34,704 nt of DNA, from positions 45,872,943 through 45,907,646 of the forward strand of contig NC_068981.1 of the NCBI RefSeq assembly GCF_001194135.2, written 5' to 3'. This DNA comes from Octopus bimaculoides (lineage: Eukaryota). A program made the position numbers and the translations under genes. Within the stretch, counting starts at the first letter, position 1; the number at the start of each line of letters is the position of its first letter. Positions 11,803 through 25,544 of the stretch are shown one piece after another. The notes beneath the pieces were generated by a model. It saw only the letters and a program-made list of their open reading frames with translations. It was not told the DNA's origin and ran no database searches.

Positions 11803-11945
11803 ACATAAGATTATTGTCAAAATATTATTTAAAAAATCGGTCAGTAGATATTGGATAATTTTCATTTTTTTCTTTCTGTTAATATGTGTTTTTGTGTGTA
11901 AGTATATAAGTCTATGTGCGCGCGCCGATGATTATTTTTGTGTCT

Positions 11946-11986
<41 letters not shown>

Positions 11987-12479
11987 TATACAAATAGATT
12001 TAAATGCACCCGGCATTTTCTACAACAGTGTGATAGATTTGCTTAAAATTTCAATAGCATTCTGAATAAAGTTGCCTGTGGTCAGTTGCCTGTGGTAATA
12101 CATGCTCCTTTCCTTTATGCAGCACATTACATTTTTAATTTTCAGAGCATCAAACTTTGACATCTGGTCAGCATTAGGTGGTCAACGCTTCATCCGCGGG
12201 AGGAATTTCTCCTTTGTATCTGTACAGTTTAGCAAGCATTTTTTGCGTTCCACACACTTTTTTTATTTCTTTTATTTTCGTTACTTCTGCAATACTCCAC
12301 CATTCTTCTTCTCCCTCCATTTGCGGCGTCGTCCTAATAAAAAAAGTGGTTGCAGCCTAAACAGATCTTACGGATAACATGGACAAATTTTGCAGTTGGG
12401 CTTTAAATGGGCATCTTCATTCTCAATGCGCTCAGTAGGAAGCTGGTGCAATAAAATTATTCACTCTCCCTGAATTATA

Positions 12480-13220
12480 AATATGGTTATGATGAAGTGT
12501 CAACGACAGTGACGGTACCGCTGAGTAGTCCAGCTTGCGTCTTATTTCTGGTAGTGTGTATGGTCATGTGAATACCGAAGAAACTGTCCATCACTTTGTC
12601 TTTCAAACGCGGGCGAAAGTCTCGTATATCACTGCGCTTGTTGGCGCTCGCATTTTTGTCCACGATGATAACTTTTCTATGAAATTAATACCGAAATAAC
12701 TTTCATTTCGAAAAGCAGAAATATATCACCTTTTTTCTTTTCTCCTTGATAAATCCTTGGAGCTAGTGGACATAATTTTGGGGGATGCATCACAGTTATA
12801 TTTCACACTCTACATTAATTCCTTTGGTATAATAATCTTCATTCTGACAATTAATGTGTGAAAATCACTTTCCATTATATTTAATTCACTTTTCTGCATT
12901 TCTCTTCAGCAAAATACGTGTTTTGTTCGTGGATGATATTTATCAAATTGCTATTGTCGTTTTTATGTGGATGCAATCGCCAAAAGTGCTGATAATATTA
13001 CTCACGACAGATGCATTCTTCACAGAAATGCCATTAAAAATCTCCTTCTGTATTTCAATGCATTTCAATGTCGTGTTATTTTTTCAGTTTAACATGGTTA
13101 ATTTTCAATATTTTCCTCTGAGAGATTTTATCAATATTACCTGTAGATGTTTTGTGGAATGTAAGCTCTTATGAAACAGAAAAAGGGATTTGCTAAAAGT
13201 ATTGGTCACAGGACAGTGAG
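12480..13220 (+). mobile_element. Possible highly degraded hAT (Charlie/Buster-like) transposase remnant
   Basis: Weak motif echoes in plausible order: DE-STD-like near 12491, NITHDRCILHRNAIKNL (CxxH, as in HCxxHRxAL), then MVNF and LL*NRKRDLLKVL (LLxHTxVRWLSRGKVL-like). Needs an HMM search. Confidence 0.3.
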
Positions 13221-13544
13221 ATACGATGAAGAACGGCGAAAAAAAAAATATTGGTTGATGGAAAAGAAAACAAAATTTAAATACAAACAACTGATCCATA
13301 TACCTCTTGAGATAGTGGAGTAAATTTGGCGGTAACACATTTGAGTATGCATATGTTCAATTTGTTTTAAACAAGTCAAGTTTTTTGGCACTTCATAGTG
13401 TTACCAATTTTTGCTGATTCATAGAATACTTAATTCCAACTGAAAATCAAAGCAGAGTTTTGGGGTTATTTATAAGAAATGCAGGTAGAACTATCTTAGA
13501 TGGTTATTTATTTGAATTGAGACGAGTACTGATGCCATGTCCTG

Positions 13545-13928
13545 TTTTTGTTGGCACTCCGACGCTTACGACGATGAGGGTTCCAGTCGATCCGATCAAC
13601 GGAACAGCCTGCTCGTGAAATTAACGTGCAAGTGGCTAGGCACTCCACAGACACGTGTACCCTTAACGTAGTTCTCGGGGATATTCAGGGTGACACAGTG
13701 TGACAAGGCTGGCCCTTTGAAATACAAGTACAACAGAAACAGGAAGAAAAAGTGAGAGAAAGTTGTGGTGAAAGAGTACAGCAGGGTTCACCACCATGCC
13801 CTGCCGGAGCATCGTGGAGCTTTAGGTGTTTTCGCTCAATACACACTCACAACGCCCGGTCTGGGAATCGAAACCGCGATCCTATAACCGTGAGTCCGCT
13901 GCCCTATCCACTGGGCCATTGCGCCTCC
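13545..13928 (-). mobile_element. Near full-length tRNA-derived SINE (family C)
   Basis: 5' head GGAGGCGCAATGGCCCAGTGGATAGGGCAGCGGAC... has an A-box TGGCCCAGTGG (13908-13918) and a B-box-like GGTTTCGATTCC (13864-13875). It continues into a ~300-nt non-tRNA body with no tRNA acceptor 3' end. Resembles the octopus OR/OK-type SINEs as I recall them. Confidence 0.8.
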
Positions 13929-14794
13929 ACTGATATGATGTACATCTGAAGAAAGTAAACAAAATAGAACTAGAAGAAATGAGCAACTAAATAAATTAAC
14001 ATTTAAATTAATAAATATAGAAAACAAGAGAGAAAATATTAAGTGTATGTGTGTATGAATAAATAAGTATTAAGTATATAAACTAAACAAACAGAAAATA
14101 AGTGAATTGAGAAAACAAATATTCAAGTGAATATATTGAAAACGTTTTTTTTTTTAAGACTAAAGATAGAAGCGTTGACAGTGGAACCTGCGGATGGGTG
14201 ATGAGGGCAGGGAAAATACGTGTCAATTGAGATGGATGGCTGTACCGAGATATTTAAATGTTGTTAAATGTCTATTGTTTTCTGTATAATGGTAGGTTCC
14301 TCGTGAAAAGATAAATCAAACCTAAACAGAAAATGGAATTTTATAGTTCGGATGATCAGGCAATGCTTGACACAAAGAGAGCTGACCTGCGATAGAGATA
14401 AACTTCTTTTGATTCATGGGGAAAGTCTAATAATGAATAAATAACGAAGTAAATTTTATTTAAAAATAATGTACTTCACTAAATAGTTAACTGTGTTGTA
14501 AAACCATAAAATAAAGGAAAAACTGAAAACTGAGTTTAAAATTCTGCTAGACTTCAGTAGAAAATTAAGAAGCAAGATTTTAAAGAAAGAATATTATATA
14601 TAAAAATTATTTATTGGCAATTTTTCGTTTAATAAATCAACCACTTAACTCAAAGAACGTATGACACGCAATCCGAGTACACATTTTCCGCCTGTAATTG
14701 AATAAGGGACGTGATAAACGAGAGAAAAACTACCAGTGTCTCAATTAGTCACCAATGCGTGTAATAGAAGCAATAATATTAAACCTGTTTCGAA

Positions 14795-15003
14795 GATAGC
14801 TTGGTGGCCGAATAATTAGCATGTCGAGGTAATCTACTTAGCGGCATTTGCACGTTCTAAGTTCAAATACTACTGAGGGGAGACTTAACATTTTCTCCTT
14901 CTTGGGTCGATACAATTAAGTATCTCCTGGACATTGGTATCGATGTAATCGATTTACCCATATTCCCAAAATTGCTGGCCGTATGTCAAAATTTGAAATC
15001 AGC
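14795..15003 (+). mobile_element. SINE family B, diverged copy
   Basis: gttctaagttcaaatac...gggtcgata...gatgtaatcgattt...aaaattgctggcc...aaaatttgaaatc is collinear with 29421-29600. Confidence 0.65.
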
Positions 15004-16641
15004 ATTAAATTTATTTTATAACAGACATTTGCGAAAATTCTCTCATACTCTAATTAATGCATAAACCAAGAAGGACAACTACCATTCAACCAGATTATAT
15101 CCCTCTAGTGTTCTAATAAATAATCTAAAATATTTAAGAATATAAAGAGCAATAATCTACCTAACATAGGTGAAATAATATATTTTCTCCAAATCTCAGT
15201 TTGGATTTCGAATGAAATAAAACACAATATTGAAAAATATATGCATGAATATCCACATTCATCAGAAAGTCTAAGTTATTGAAAATATCAACCGTTGTGA
15301 TCTGTTTCATAGGAAGGAGCTTATGGTGTCAGTGTTCTTCATACATGATTATCTTCAGATATTTTTTTCTAAATGGATTTCTAACTTTCTCGACTGATAT
15401 TTGTTGATGATAAAGTCAGAATTTATATTTTTCTAAGGCTACAGTCACGATGGCTTAAATTTTCACCCATGTCTGTTTTACACATCATACTTGTTTAATA
15501 CATTGAGATTTAAAAGTTTTAAGATTTTAACACATTAGGTTTCTGCCGATGATATAGATATAAGCGCTTCGTTGTATCATCAACAGCAGTAAAACTAATT
15601 TCAATTAAATGGCCAAGCGAAAACCGTCAATTTAATTCCTTTTAATCACTCTTCGTTCCTTTCCATAATCCAGAAGCCTCAAATTATAACTGCAATGGAA
15701 TATATTGAAGATAGAGATATTAACGCTGCAGAAAGCTAAAGCATACTTAGTGTTTGTTTAGAGTCCAGTTCGGAGGAGGAAGCCCATCTAATTTTTCCGT
15801 TATTATTTCAAAGAAATACCGTATGTTATTCCAAAGAAATACCTCTTTCTGGCATCTGTGCAATTAAGAATGTACAATGTGGATGGCATTTTATATAGAT
15901 TTTGTGTGGCAGCTAGGAATACGGAGATATGAATTCTCTCTATCTCCAAGCTGGCAAACATTTCATATTTAGACTGAGATAATTATAACGGTCTACTTAA
16001 GATAGTCTCCATGAAAATACATTTAAAAGAAACCAGTTTAATTCCTACTCAGTTGGTAATAGAAAAATCTATGAAGCGGAAATTACTAACGGCTTAGTTT
16101 GAGCAAAAAGAAAAGGTGTGTGGTTTGGTACCTCTACAACCACCTCCATTAATATCCCAAATTTTAACACCCTTACCACCTCCTGAAATAGCTCTTTTAT
16201 CTCCTCTCACCGTTCCCTGTCTTAACACTCCCCATATCCCCGTCGACCTTCCTAGTTTCATTCTTCTAACTTCTTGTTCTTCAGGTTTAATCATTCCACG
16301 TTTGAACTCCTCTGTGTTGTGATATGAAATGTGAGTCCTACTCTTATCACAGAGGCTAGATTTATCCATTGTTTATTGCTCCCATGACAGTCTGCCAACA
16401 TTATTATGAATCTCTGGAACCCAGAATTAGCTGCTGGACTTTTAAAACCTTATTTCCTTTCCTATAATTATTTCTGTAAATTGGATCTATTAATTTCAGT
16501 ATCTGTAAATTTATACTTAAATATTGATCGTCTGAAAATCTCCACTACTTGGTTTCTCTCGCGTTGCATGTATACATATATATATATTTGGTATTTCATA
16601 CCGAAGTTGTTAGGTTAAATTTGTTTGTCCACATAATTGCG

Positions 16642-16780
<139 letters not shown>

Positions 16781-17017
16781 GTCTCGTTCTTTGCATATGT
16801 ATGTTGCTGAAATTACCTATATTGCTGAGAGTCCCTTTTAATTTATGATTTATAATATAAACATAGCTCAAAGTAATTAGACAGATACATAAAGACTCTT
16901 ATAGCTATTTCTAGTATAGGAAAACATGTGGATCATATGTTAGTGAGTAAAGAATTCAATACAACCAAGGGAGATATTATTTTATACAGTGAGAGGGTTT
17001 GAGGCATGGGTTAGAGC

Positions 17018-17019
<2 letters not shown>

Positions 17020-17065
<46 letters not shown>

Positions 17066-17115
17066 TTGTGTATGTGTTTATGTATGTGTGTGTGTATGTA
17101 TGTGTGTATGTGTGT
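17020..17115. repeat. (CA)n followed by (TG/TATG)n microsatellite
   Basis: Directly visible. Confidence 0.9.
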
Positions 17116-18074
17116 ATTTGTTTTCGTATACATATATGCTTTAAACGAATTGGTCAAACAACACACCATCACTGTACAGAACAGCCTCTTTCTTCTCCAG
17201 CATATCTCATTCACACTATGATATACACGTCTAAGACCTGCTAACTCAAATCTGATTCACGTTCTATTCAAATATGGAATTGATACATTCCATTATCTTT
17301 TGCCAAGGACTAGCCTAGAAACTACATTTGTATATTATCTTTTGCTTTCGCTTTTTTTAATTTTAACTTCGATAAGAAATCATAAGGCTTATGTAGTTTT
17401 CTTTACTCGACAGCTTACGATGCACATTCTTAGCTATTCTACAAAGAGCTATAGGAGACGTTACGTATTTTATAACTATTCTATATTATATTATATTCAT
17501 ATTATTTGTTAAAGTTATGTCTACAGATATTCTATATATATGCTTACACCTCACATCTCGCATAAGAAACGTCATAACAAAATCAGTGCTGGCTATAATT
17601 TCTATAGAATATCTATAGTGATAACCTTAACAACTAATGTAAAAACGAGGTGCTAACGAAGCAGAACGCAGTATTGTCTTATGAAAACGTTTAATATACT
17701 TTACATTATATTATGGTTGTACAGTGAAATACAGTGTATCTATAAGATTAGTATTTACGTTGTAGCTTCGAGGAATGTTTTAATATGTAAAATTGGCATA
17801 TCCAATAATGATACACTGCTGTATATAGTAGATATTGAAGCAAAGTGTTTGATTATGTGAACTGAGATAAATGGGTGCTGATAAAGGGGCAAAGCTCACC
17901 GAAATATGGCATACGGACCCATTCCCCATTTTTCATGAGTATATTATGACTAGATACCGAAATACCTCGTACTTATAAGTCATTAGTACGTTATATTTTA
18001 AATTAAAAAATAAACGCCATTGAATGATGCCAAATATTTTGCTTGTTCATTAACTTGTATAATGCATATAAACA

Positions 18075-18095
18075 TATATATATATATGTGTGTGC

Positions 18096-18159
<64 letters not shown>
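18075..18159. repeat. (TA)n microsatellite running into an assembly gap
   Basis: Directly visible; N-run at 18160-18856. Confidence 0.95.
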
Positions 18160-20254
18160 NNNNNNNNNNNNNNNNNNNNNNNNNNNNNNNNNNNNNNNNN
18201 NNNNNNNNNNNNNNNNNNNNNNNNNNNNNNNNNNNNNNNNNNNNNNNNNNNNNNNNNNNNNNNNNNNNNNNNNNNNNNNNNNNNNNNNNNNNNNNNNNNN
18301 NNNNNNNNNNNNNNNNNNNNNNNNNNNNNNNNNNNNNNNNNNNNNNNNNNNNNNNNNNNNNNNNNNNNNNNNNNNNNNNNNNNNNNNNNNNNNNNNNNNN
18401 NNNNNNNNNNNNNNNNNNNNNNNNNNNNNNNNNNNNNNNNNNNNNNNNNNNNNNNNNNNNNNNNNNNNNNNNNNNNNNNNNNNNNNNNNNNNNNNNNNNN
18501 NNNNNNNNNNNNNNNNNNNNNNNNNNNNNNNNNNNNNNNNNNNNNNNNNNNNNNNNNNNNNNNNNNNNNNNNNNNNNNNNNNNNNNNNNNNNNNNNNNNN
18601 NNNNNNNNNNNNNNNNNNNNNNNNNNNNNNNNNNNNNNNNNNNNNNNNNNNNNNNNNNNNNNNNNNNNNNNNNNNNNNNNNNNNNNNNNNNNNNNNNNNN
18701 NNNNNNNNNNNNNNNNNNNNNNNNNNNNNNNNNNNNNNNNNNNNNNNNNNNNNNNNNNNNNNNNNNNNNNNNNNNNNNNNNNNNNNNNNNNNNNNNNNNN
18801 NNNNNNNNNNNNNNNNNNNNNNNNNNNNNNNNNNNNNNNNNNNNNNNNNNNNNNNNATATATTAATGTTACATATACATAGGTGAGCATCTATATTAAAC
18901 ACATACAAAGATACATGACGCGTACATAATGAGGATGAATTATGAAGTTATATACACGCAAATACACAAACTCCTTTGTGACTGATGTGAAAAGAAAATC
19001 AAGAGAAGAAATGGAGTAAAAGATAGAGATACAATATGTTACTCTGCTATGGATTTATCGTTTCTTAGATATTATATTTAAAAATATACTTCCGTCTCTT
19101 TAAGAAATGACAAGATAATTGGCTAAAAGCTGATGGCTAAATACATCTTAAAATACCGCAATTAAGGGCTTAGCTTTCGACTTTCACTAATATATGTGTA
19201 GCCAATACTTATACTTTTCTTCAGTCGCATGATAGACTGGCACACTTTCTGAAGTGCTTAGTTTTTCTAATTCGTTTGACATTATCATAACACGCTCCTG
19301 ACCGTGAGCACGTCTGATCAGCATGCTCTGTATTTTTATGTAGGTTATATTTCATCTTTCAGTTCGATCATTGCAGTTCTACTATATTTCTCTTTGTATT
19401 ATTTCTTCTAAACAATGACAGAAGCAATGCATTTCAGTGAAGCCTTGAACATCCACCCGTTCTTAAATAGCTTCAAAGAATAAAAGCCAACTAAAATACG
19501 GCGTGATGTGCTGGTAAATAGCAAGAAAAATTACGTTGAGGTGCAAGGCTCCTACCACTCGTTAGGAAACTGATTGCTTTATTTTGCCAAAGACAGAATC
19601 GTTTATTCACTTTTCCATACAATTTGATAAATATTAGTGAATGTTTTAGGCAAACTTGGGTAAATATTAATCACTCATTATTTGAATCAGCAATTACGGA
19701 CTGTAAAATTATCTATTGAAATCCTGAAATGTGCGGATAGAATGAATTAAATGTTCAGTTTATATTAGCATTTTAATGAAAGTTATTACTTGCGAAACAT
19801 CACTAATGATTATGGAGAAATATCACGGGGCGATTTTATAATCGTTATTGTAAACTCAATACCATATATAATGTATGTAATTGAATAATATAATTTCGAT
19901 ACAGCAGATAGGAAGTTGAAACGAAATCGAAGGAGTTTCATATACAATTGCAAATTTATTTCTAAGCGAAAGATATTCCTGCTGTGTAATTTTATCTCCA
20001 GTATTTATTTATGCTAGTCTGTGAATAAGAACAACAGCTATAATAAAATGTATTCGAGTCCCTAATAATAGTAGTTTGTCTGCTTCGTATGTAGAATGAG
20101 AAAATATTCATATCAATTATTAGCACTCAGTCAAACTGTGAAGAAGTCTGGATAGACATCCAACAAGCAGCTCTTAACACACACAAACACACATGTATAC
20201 TTATATTTATTTTCATGCATGCTTTGACACACATACGTACAGACACACATATAT

Positions 20255-20400
<146 letters not shown>

Positions 20401-22672
20401 CTGTATATGCATAGATACGGAACGATGTTGCTCTTTTATAAAACAAAATCTGAAGCATATATGCTATTAAGTCAAATCCGACAGCATAACACGAAAGCTT
20501 TATATTTGTAGCGGGCCTACTCATAATTATTCTATTCTTCATTACAAAATAATCCGAGACACTGTAATCTAGGAAGAGTTGTGTGGAACCAGATATCAAT
20601 GCAATAGTGTGTAGTCTGAATATCTGCAGATCTTTAATGAATTCTCTAAAGTAGCATTCCTGAGAGGAATGATAGAAGTAAATATCTGAGATAACATGAG
20701 GTTGGCATCCACAGGGAATCGCCGGATGTGGTATGCAAATTGTAGAACATGTCAAAGAAAACAGAGAAAGTAACTATCGTGTTTGTGGATCAATAGTGAA
20801 ATGTGAGGATTTGCTAATCAGCCGAACGGCTTTCCATGGAAAATAATCTTAGAAGTTTATGGGATTAACGATACGACTAACCTTTTATCTTATCAATCCG
20901 TGTACGGCAGTCATAACTGTCAATGATTATTCGTAGTTTCTAATCTCTACAAAAACATATTTCAAATTACCATATATCCATTTTTTATCGTTTTCTACTA
21001 TATATGAGAAGAATAAATTAAAGATAGAAATGGTGAAATTTGAATTTGCACTTGTATTAAATTTTTAGGTCTCCTATTATTCACTAGCAAATATGAGCTG
21101 CAATAATGCTTACCGTTTTGTGCATTATCTTGATTCAATAGAATGACTAGTCCTATGACACCACTGAACGTTGCTTTAGAGTGTATCCTTTAATAAGTAA
21201 AACATTGGAGAGCTGGCATGCATCAACACGATCATGCATAGTTTTCACCTGAGTATATATGATATTAGTATATATGATATGATAAGTATAAATGATATGT
21301 TAAAGTGGTGTGCCCGGTCAATCTTTCACGGAAATGGAGGAAGTATATATTATTTCTAAACTCATTAACTCTCATTAGTAAGGCAGAATGATATTTCGGA
21401 TAAAGTTTTAACCTTTTACCCCACAAGACGAGTCTTTCAGGACTCGAAAGCTTTTCTTTTAGCAAATAATTCTGCTAAGTTTGCTCTGATTCATTTACAA
21501 GAAGTGTCCGGCAACTATGCAACATCTAATCTTAAGGAAGAATGCAGAGTATTATCATCTGCATCGGTGTCTATGTAGTTCGATGTGTTAAAAATGGCGT
21601 TATGTAGAGTTATGTTGATAGGATATCATGAACAAATCCTGTTCATATAGGCGGAGAGAATGCCAGGTCATCAGAAATCTTCAGAGTACTAGTGAAGTAG
21701 ATCTCCGGAAAGAAACTGCATTTATTATGTACGGAAATCTACGTGCACTGTGCTAAATCTCCAGCGGCTTACTGTTGTCTGCAAAATGTTCATTTAGTCA
21801 AAGTAGCCACGATGGATAGAAACTAATAAAATGGATTTTGCACTTACTGTTCTATGTTGTGATGTGTCTGGTCGCTTTGCTTCAGGTTACGTATCAATAT
21901 TTTATCAACATCGACTGAAAATTGGCTGATTTATTATGATTACATATACCGTATTTGTAGCTGATTATTGCCGCTCATAGAAAAATGATCTCAATATCAG
22001 TACGCAGATATATCTTAGACTCAGTTTGGGAACAGATTACTAGAATCATGGTGCTCTATGTAAGTATCCGTGACCAATAATTTCAAATTCAGTAAGAGAT
22101 CTATTCACGTCATCAAAAGGATATATCAGTATTCTTGTTTCTAGATCCTGCAAATGGTACCTGTGATTGTAAGCGGGTGTAATTCCACTTGCAAGGTTAC
22201 AATTAGCAGTTCTAGTTCACTAATGAGAAGATTGGAAATGGTATTTAATTTTGCTGTGAGAGGCAGTTTGTCACTAGTGGTGAATTATGGTTATTTTCTT
22301 AACACTGTTATTGATTATAATGTTGAGTCTAGGTACGATGTATTTTGTGTCATATTATGTGAAGTTGGAATTCACGTGATCTAACGTTGAGTATCTAAAA
22401 CGTCTGATGCCTGTTTGGTAAATAGAAATTAAATCTGTGAATTTTCTAGTTTTATTTGACATGTCATCTAAATTGAAGAGAAGATTAAAGCTGACTAGCA
22501 TTCCCTTTCTAACTCTTACTATCTTTGAATGTGATTGAACTTATACCACACGCTTGTTTCTGGTTATAATGGAATGTGGCATTCAATATCTCCCTCAATC
22601 TCTCCTTCCCTCTCTCTCTCTTATGTTCTCTCTCCCACTCTTATTCACTCTCACTCTTTTATTCTCTATTCC

Positions 22673-22703
<31 letters not shown>

Positions 22704-23740
22704 CTGTCTCATCAGGTTTGTAGGCTTAGATCTAGCTTCTGGTGAGTGGTAACCATTATTAAATGGTCGATGTCTGTTATATGACCTGTGTTTGTAAATC
22801 CCTATTTCTGTAAAGTGTATAAATTACGGTTATAACCGATTGACATCTATGATAAATAATTAAAAAAAGATCAGGTTTATATGCATATATATGTACATCC
22901 GTGAGTGAGTGTGTCTTTCTGTGTATGATTATATTTAAGTACAAACATATGTATTTATGGGTAAATATGTTAATTGCTTGATTGCTACTGTGACCGTGAA
23001 ACAAAAGACAATAATATAATTTATAGGCGTTTAATTCACAGACAATTTACCACTTACATATTGATTCTAAATGCCAAGAATACATTTGTGGGGCTTATAC
23101 TGTTTTGGAAGTTGATATGGAAAGTGATAAGTGAAGATGATATTCATTACTAAATAAAAGAAAGAACTCCTGAACGATGGGTAAGTGGTTTCCTACACAA
23201 CGGTATAGGACAATATGTGTACCTCGTTTTGTTCAAGAAATTACCAATAGGTTCCAGGACAGAAATATTAAATATTTCCACAGAATCTCGAACAACTATA
23301 TGTTCATAAAAAAAATATTTTTCTCAGGTTAAGAATTGAGAGGAAATTATCCCAATAGATTATCAACACAAACAAAAGATGCAATTTTATTCGCTATAAT
23401 CATATTGGGAAATGAATCTAATTGCAGTTATTTGTAACTAAAGAATTTTAAATTATGGAAATTGGATATAGTTTCCTGCCTGTATGTTAAAGACAGGCTT
23501 ATTATTATACATTCTAATGAAAACGGAAAACAGGAAATTAGGAATACAAGAATAATTTTAAACTATAAAATCAAATACTGTGATAATTGACCCTCTTGCA
23601 ATGCCTTGGAGAAAGAAAACATAATTAGAAAACGTAACAAATGTGTTTAATAATTATTTCTCCTTTATCAGTTACAAATTATTCCAATAAATATCGAGCT
23701 CATACATATAAAAATGCATACACAGACATACACATATACA

Positions 23741-23744
<4 letters not shown>

Positions 23745-23776
<32 letters not shown>

Positions 23777-23849
23777 NNNNNNNNNNNNNNNNNNNNNNNN
23801 NNNNNNNNNNNNNNNNNNNNNNNNNNNNNNNNNNNNNNNNNNNNNNNNN

Positions 23850-23884
<35 letters not shown>

Positions 23885-23922
23885 GAGAGAGAGAGAGAGT
23901 GAGAGAGAGAGAGAGAGCGAGA
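23745..23922. repeat. (TA)n / gap / (GA)n microsatellite
   Basis: Directly visible. Confidence 0.92.
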
Positions 23923-24860
23923 GATAATAGATAGATAAATAAATTAATATATATATATTTACACACACACACACACACACATATGTGTATGTATAAATGC
24001 ACAAACACACACACACAAACATACAGGCAACATTTGGCAGTATGTTCTGAATTTTATCGTTTCCTGGACTTGCTACTACTGTGGAGACGAGAAGAACTTA
24101 TTGTTTATATTGAATTCATTTGGAATTTGGTGTCTGCGTAGACAAGTTATCAGCTAAATGAGGAAGTAGGATTGTATAGGCGTATATTGCATTGTAAAGT
24201 AATTAGAACTTAGCATCTTCAATAACATTGAATCCTGGTGTGTCATTGGAATTTAATTACGTGTGGTTGGAGTAAAGACCATAGATCTTTGGAGGCTAGG
24301 CATCTAGAATTGAATTTATACTTTATTAAGAGCCGGTTATACTGTCCATAAACATATGCTGTTTTTTTTTCTTTTTCTAATTAGATAAACTAGGAAACCG
24401 AAGGACTTTTTTTCATTCTCAATGGAAATACAAGAATTTCGAACACATTTTAATTCTGTAGCTTAGATAGCAGCTCTAGTCTATATGACATTCACAGGAT
24501 AATCGTTTATTCTTTTGTCATCGTATTTCCTTATATATGCATATATACTTTCAGGCCTAAAAACAACCTTGGACAATCCAAGGCTAGTTAGAGTAAGTTT
24601 AAATTTATGCTAAAAATATACAATGAATTTAAACACAAAGAATAAAAATGTCTATCACTACGAACAATCCTTTGAAGAAGTGGTCGAGCGAATTAGCTAT
24701 TGTTGTTAGCTCGAACACACCTTAATAATTTTCAGAGTTGAAAAGGAATTTAGTTTTATCTACGTCACAGCACAATTCACATGTAAATAATGTACATTTC
24801 TTATACGTATAAACATTCATATATACACATGCAATCATACTGAAAAAGCTCATCGTACAT

Positions 24861-25078
24861 ATGTTTGTTTGTGTGTGTATCTTGTCTCAGTGTTTCGTCA
24901 TCCACCGCCGGTTGACAGCCTGTGGGGTGTGTTTACATAGCGGATCGGTTAAACACCCCGATACATTTACAACCAGGCTTTTAGAAACTAAGTACCGGCA
25001 TCGACTTATTCGACTGAAAGTTCTCAAAGGCAGGACCCAGCATGGCTGCAGTCTGATGACTAAAATGAGCAAAATATA
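24861..25078 (+). mobile_element. SINE family A, 3' half
   Basis: ggtgtgtttaca...tcgacttattcgact...ccagcatggctgcagtc.gatgactaaaa matches the reverse complement of 800-950 and of 25095-25260. Confidence 0.7.
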
Positions 25079-25090
25079 GCACACACATAT

Positions 25091-25544
25091 ATATTCTTTT
25101 ATTTTATTTCAGTCATTTGAATGCGGCTATGATGGATCACCGATTTTAGTCGAACAAATCGACTCCCGGACTTATTTCTTGCTAATGTAGTACTTATCAT
25201 ATTAGTGTCTTTCGCGGACTTATACATACCAATATCGTTTGGCAAGCGATGGTGGGGATAAACACAGATACACTAATATATACATACACACACACGCACA
25301 CACACACAAACACACGCACACACACTCACACACACGCACATACACACACACAAACGCAGGCACACACATTCGCGCACAAACACATGCACACACATATATA
25401 TATATACGACGGGCTTCTCTGACTTTCTCTCTACCAAATCCACTCAAAAAATTTGGTCGGCCCGTGGACATAGTAGAAGAGAGTTTCTCAAGATGCTACG
25501 CAGTAAGACGGAACCCAAAATGATGTGGTTGGGAAGCAAGTTTC
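25091..25544 (-). mobile_element. SINE family A with internal (CA)n; first ~18 nt of the head missing at this position
   Basis: Collinear with 793-1198. Minus strand begins aagaaacttgcttcccaaccacatc. Confidence 0.78.

Noticed and set aside
13855-13928. Functional tRNA gene
   Set aside because: A and B boxes are present, but there is no acceptor stem 3' strand or terminator, and the sequence continues into a SINE body.
16094-16369. Pro-rich or Gly-rich ORFs on both strands
   Set aside because: No recognisable motif; possibly a degraded repeat, but unassignable from sequence alone.
21400-21840. Coding-like island with YVHC and LLCTE words reminiscent of hAT transposase
   Set aside because: Too few residues and too many stops to support a call without an HMM search.
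22141-22260. Minus-strand peptide ISNLLISELELLIVTLQVELHPL, resembling the aldo-keto reductase SNF...QVELHP motif
   Set aside because: Spacing appears shorter than in AKRs, there are upstream stops, no good acceptor site, and no other AKR exons in the window. Likely chance; tBLASTn or RNA-seq would settle it.
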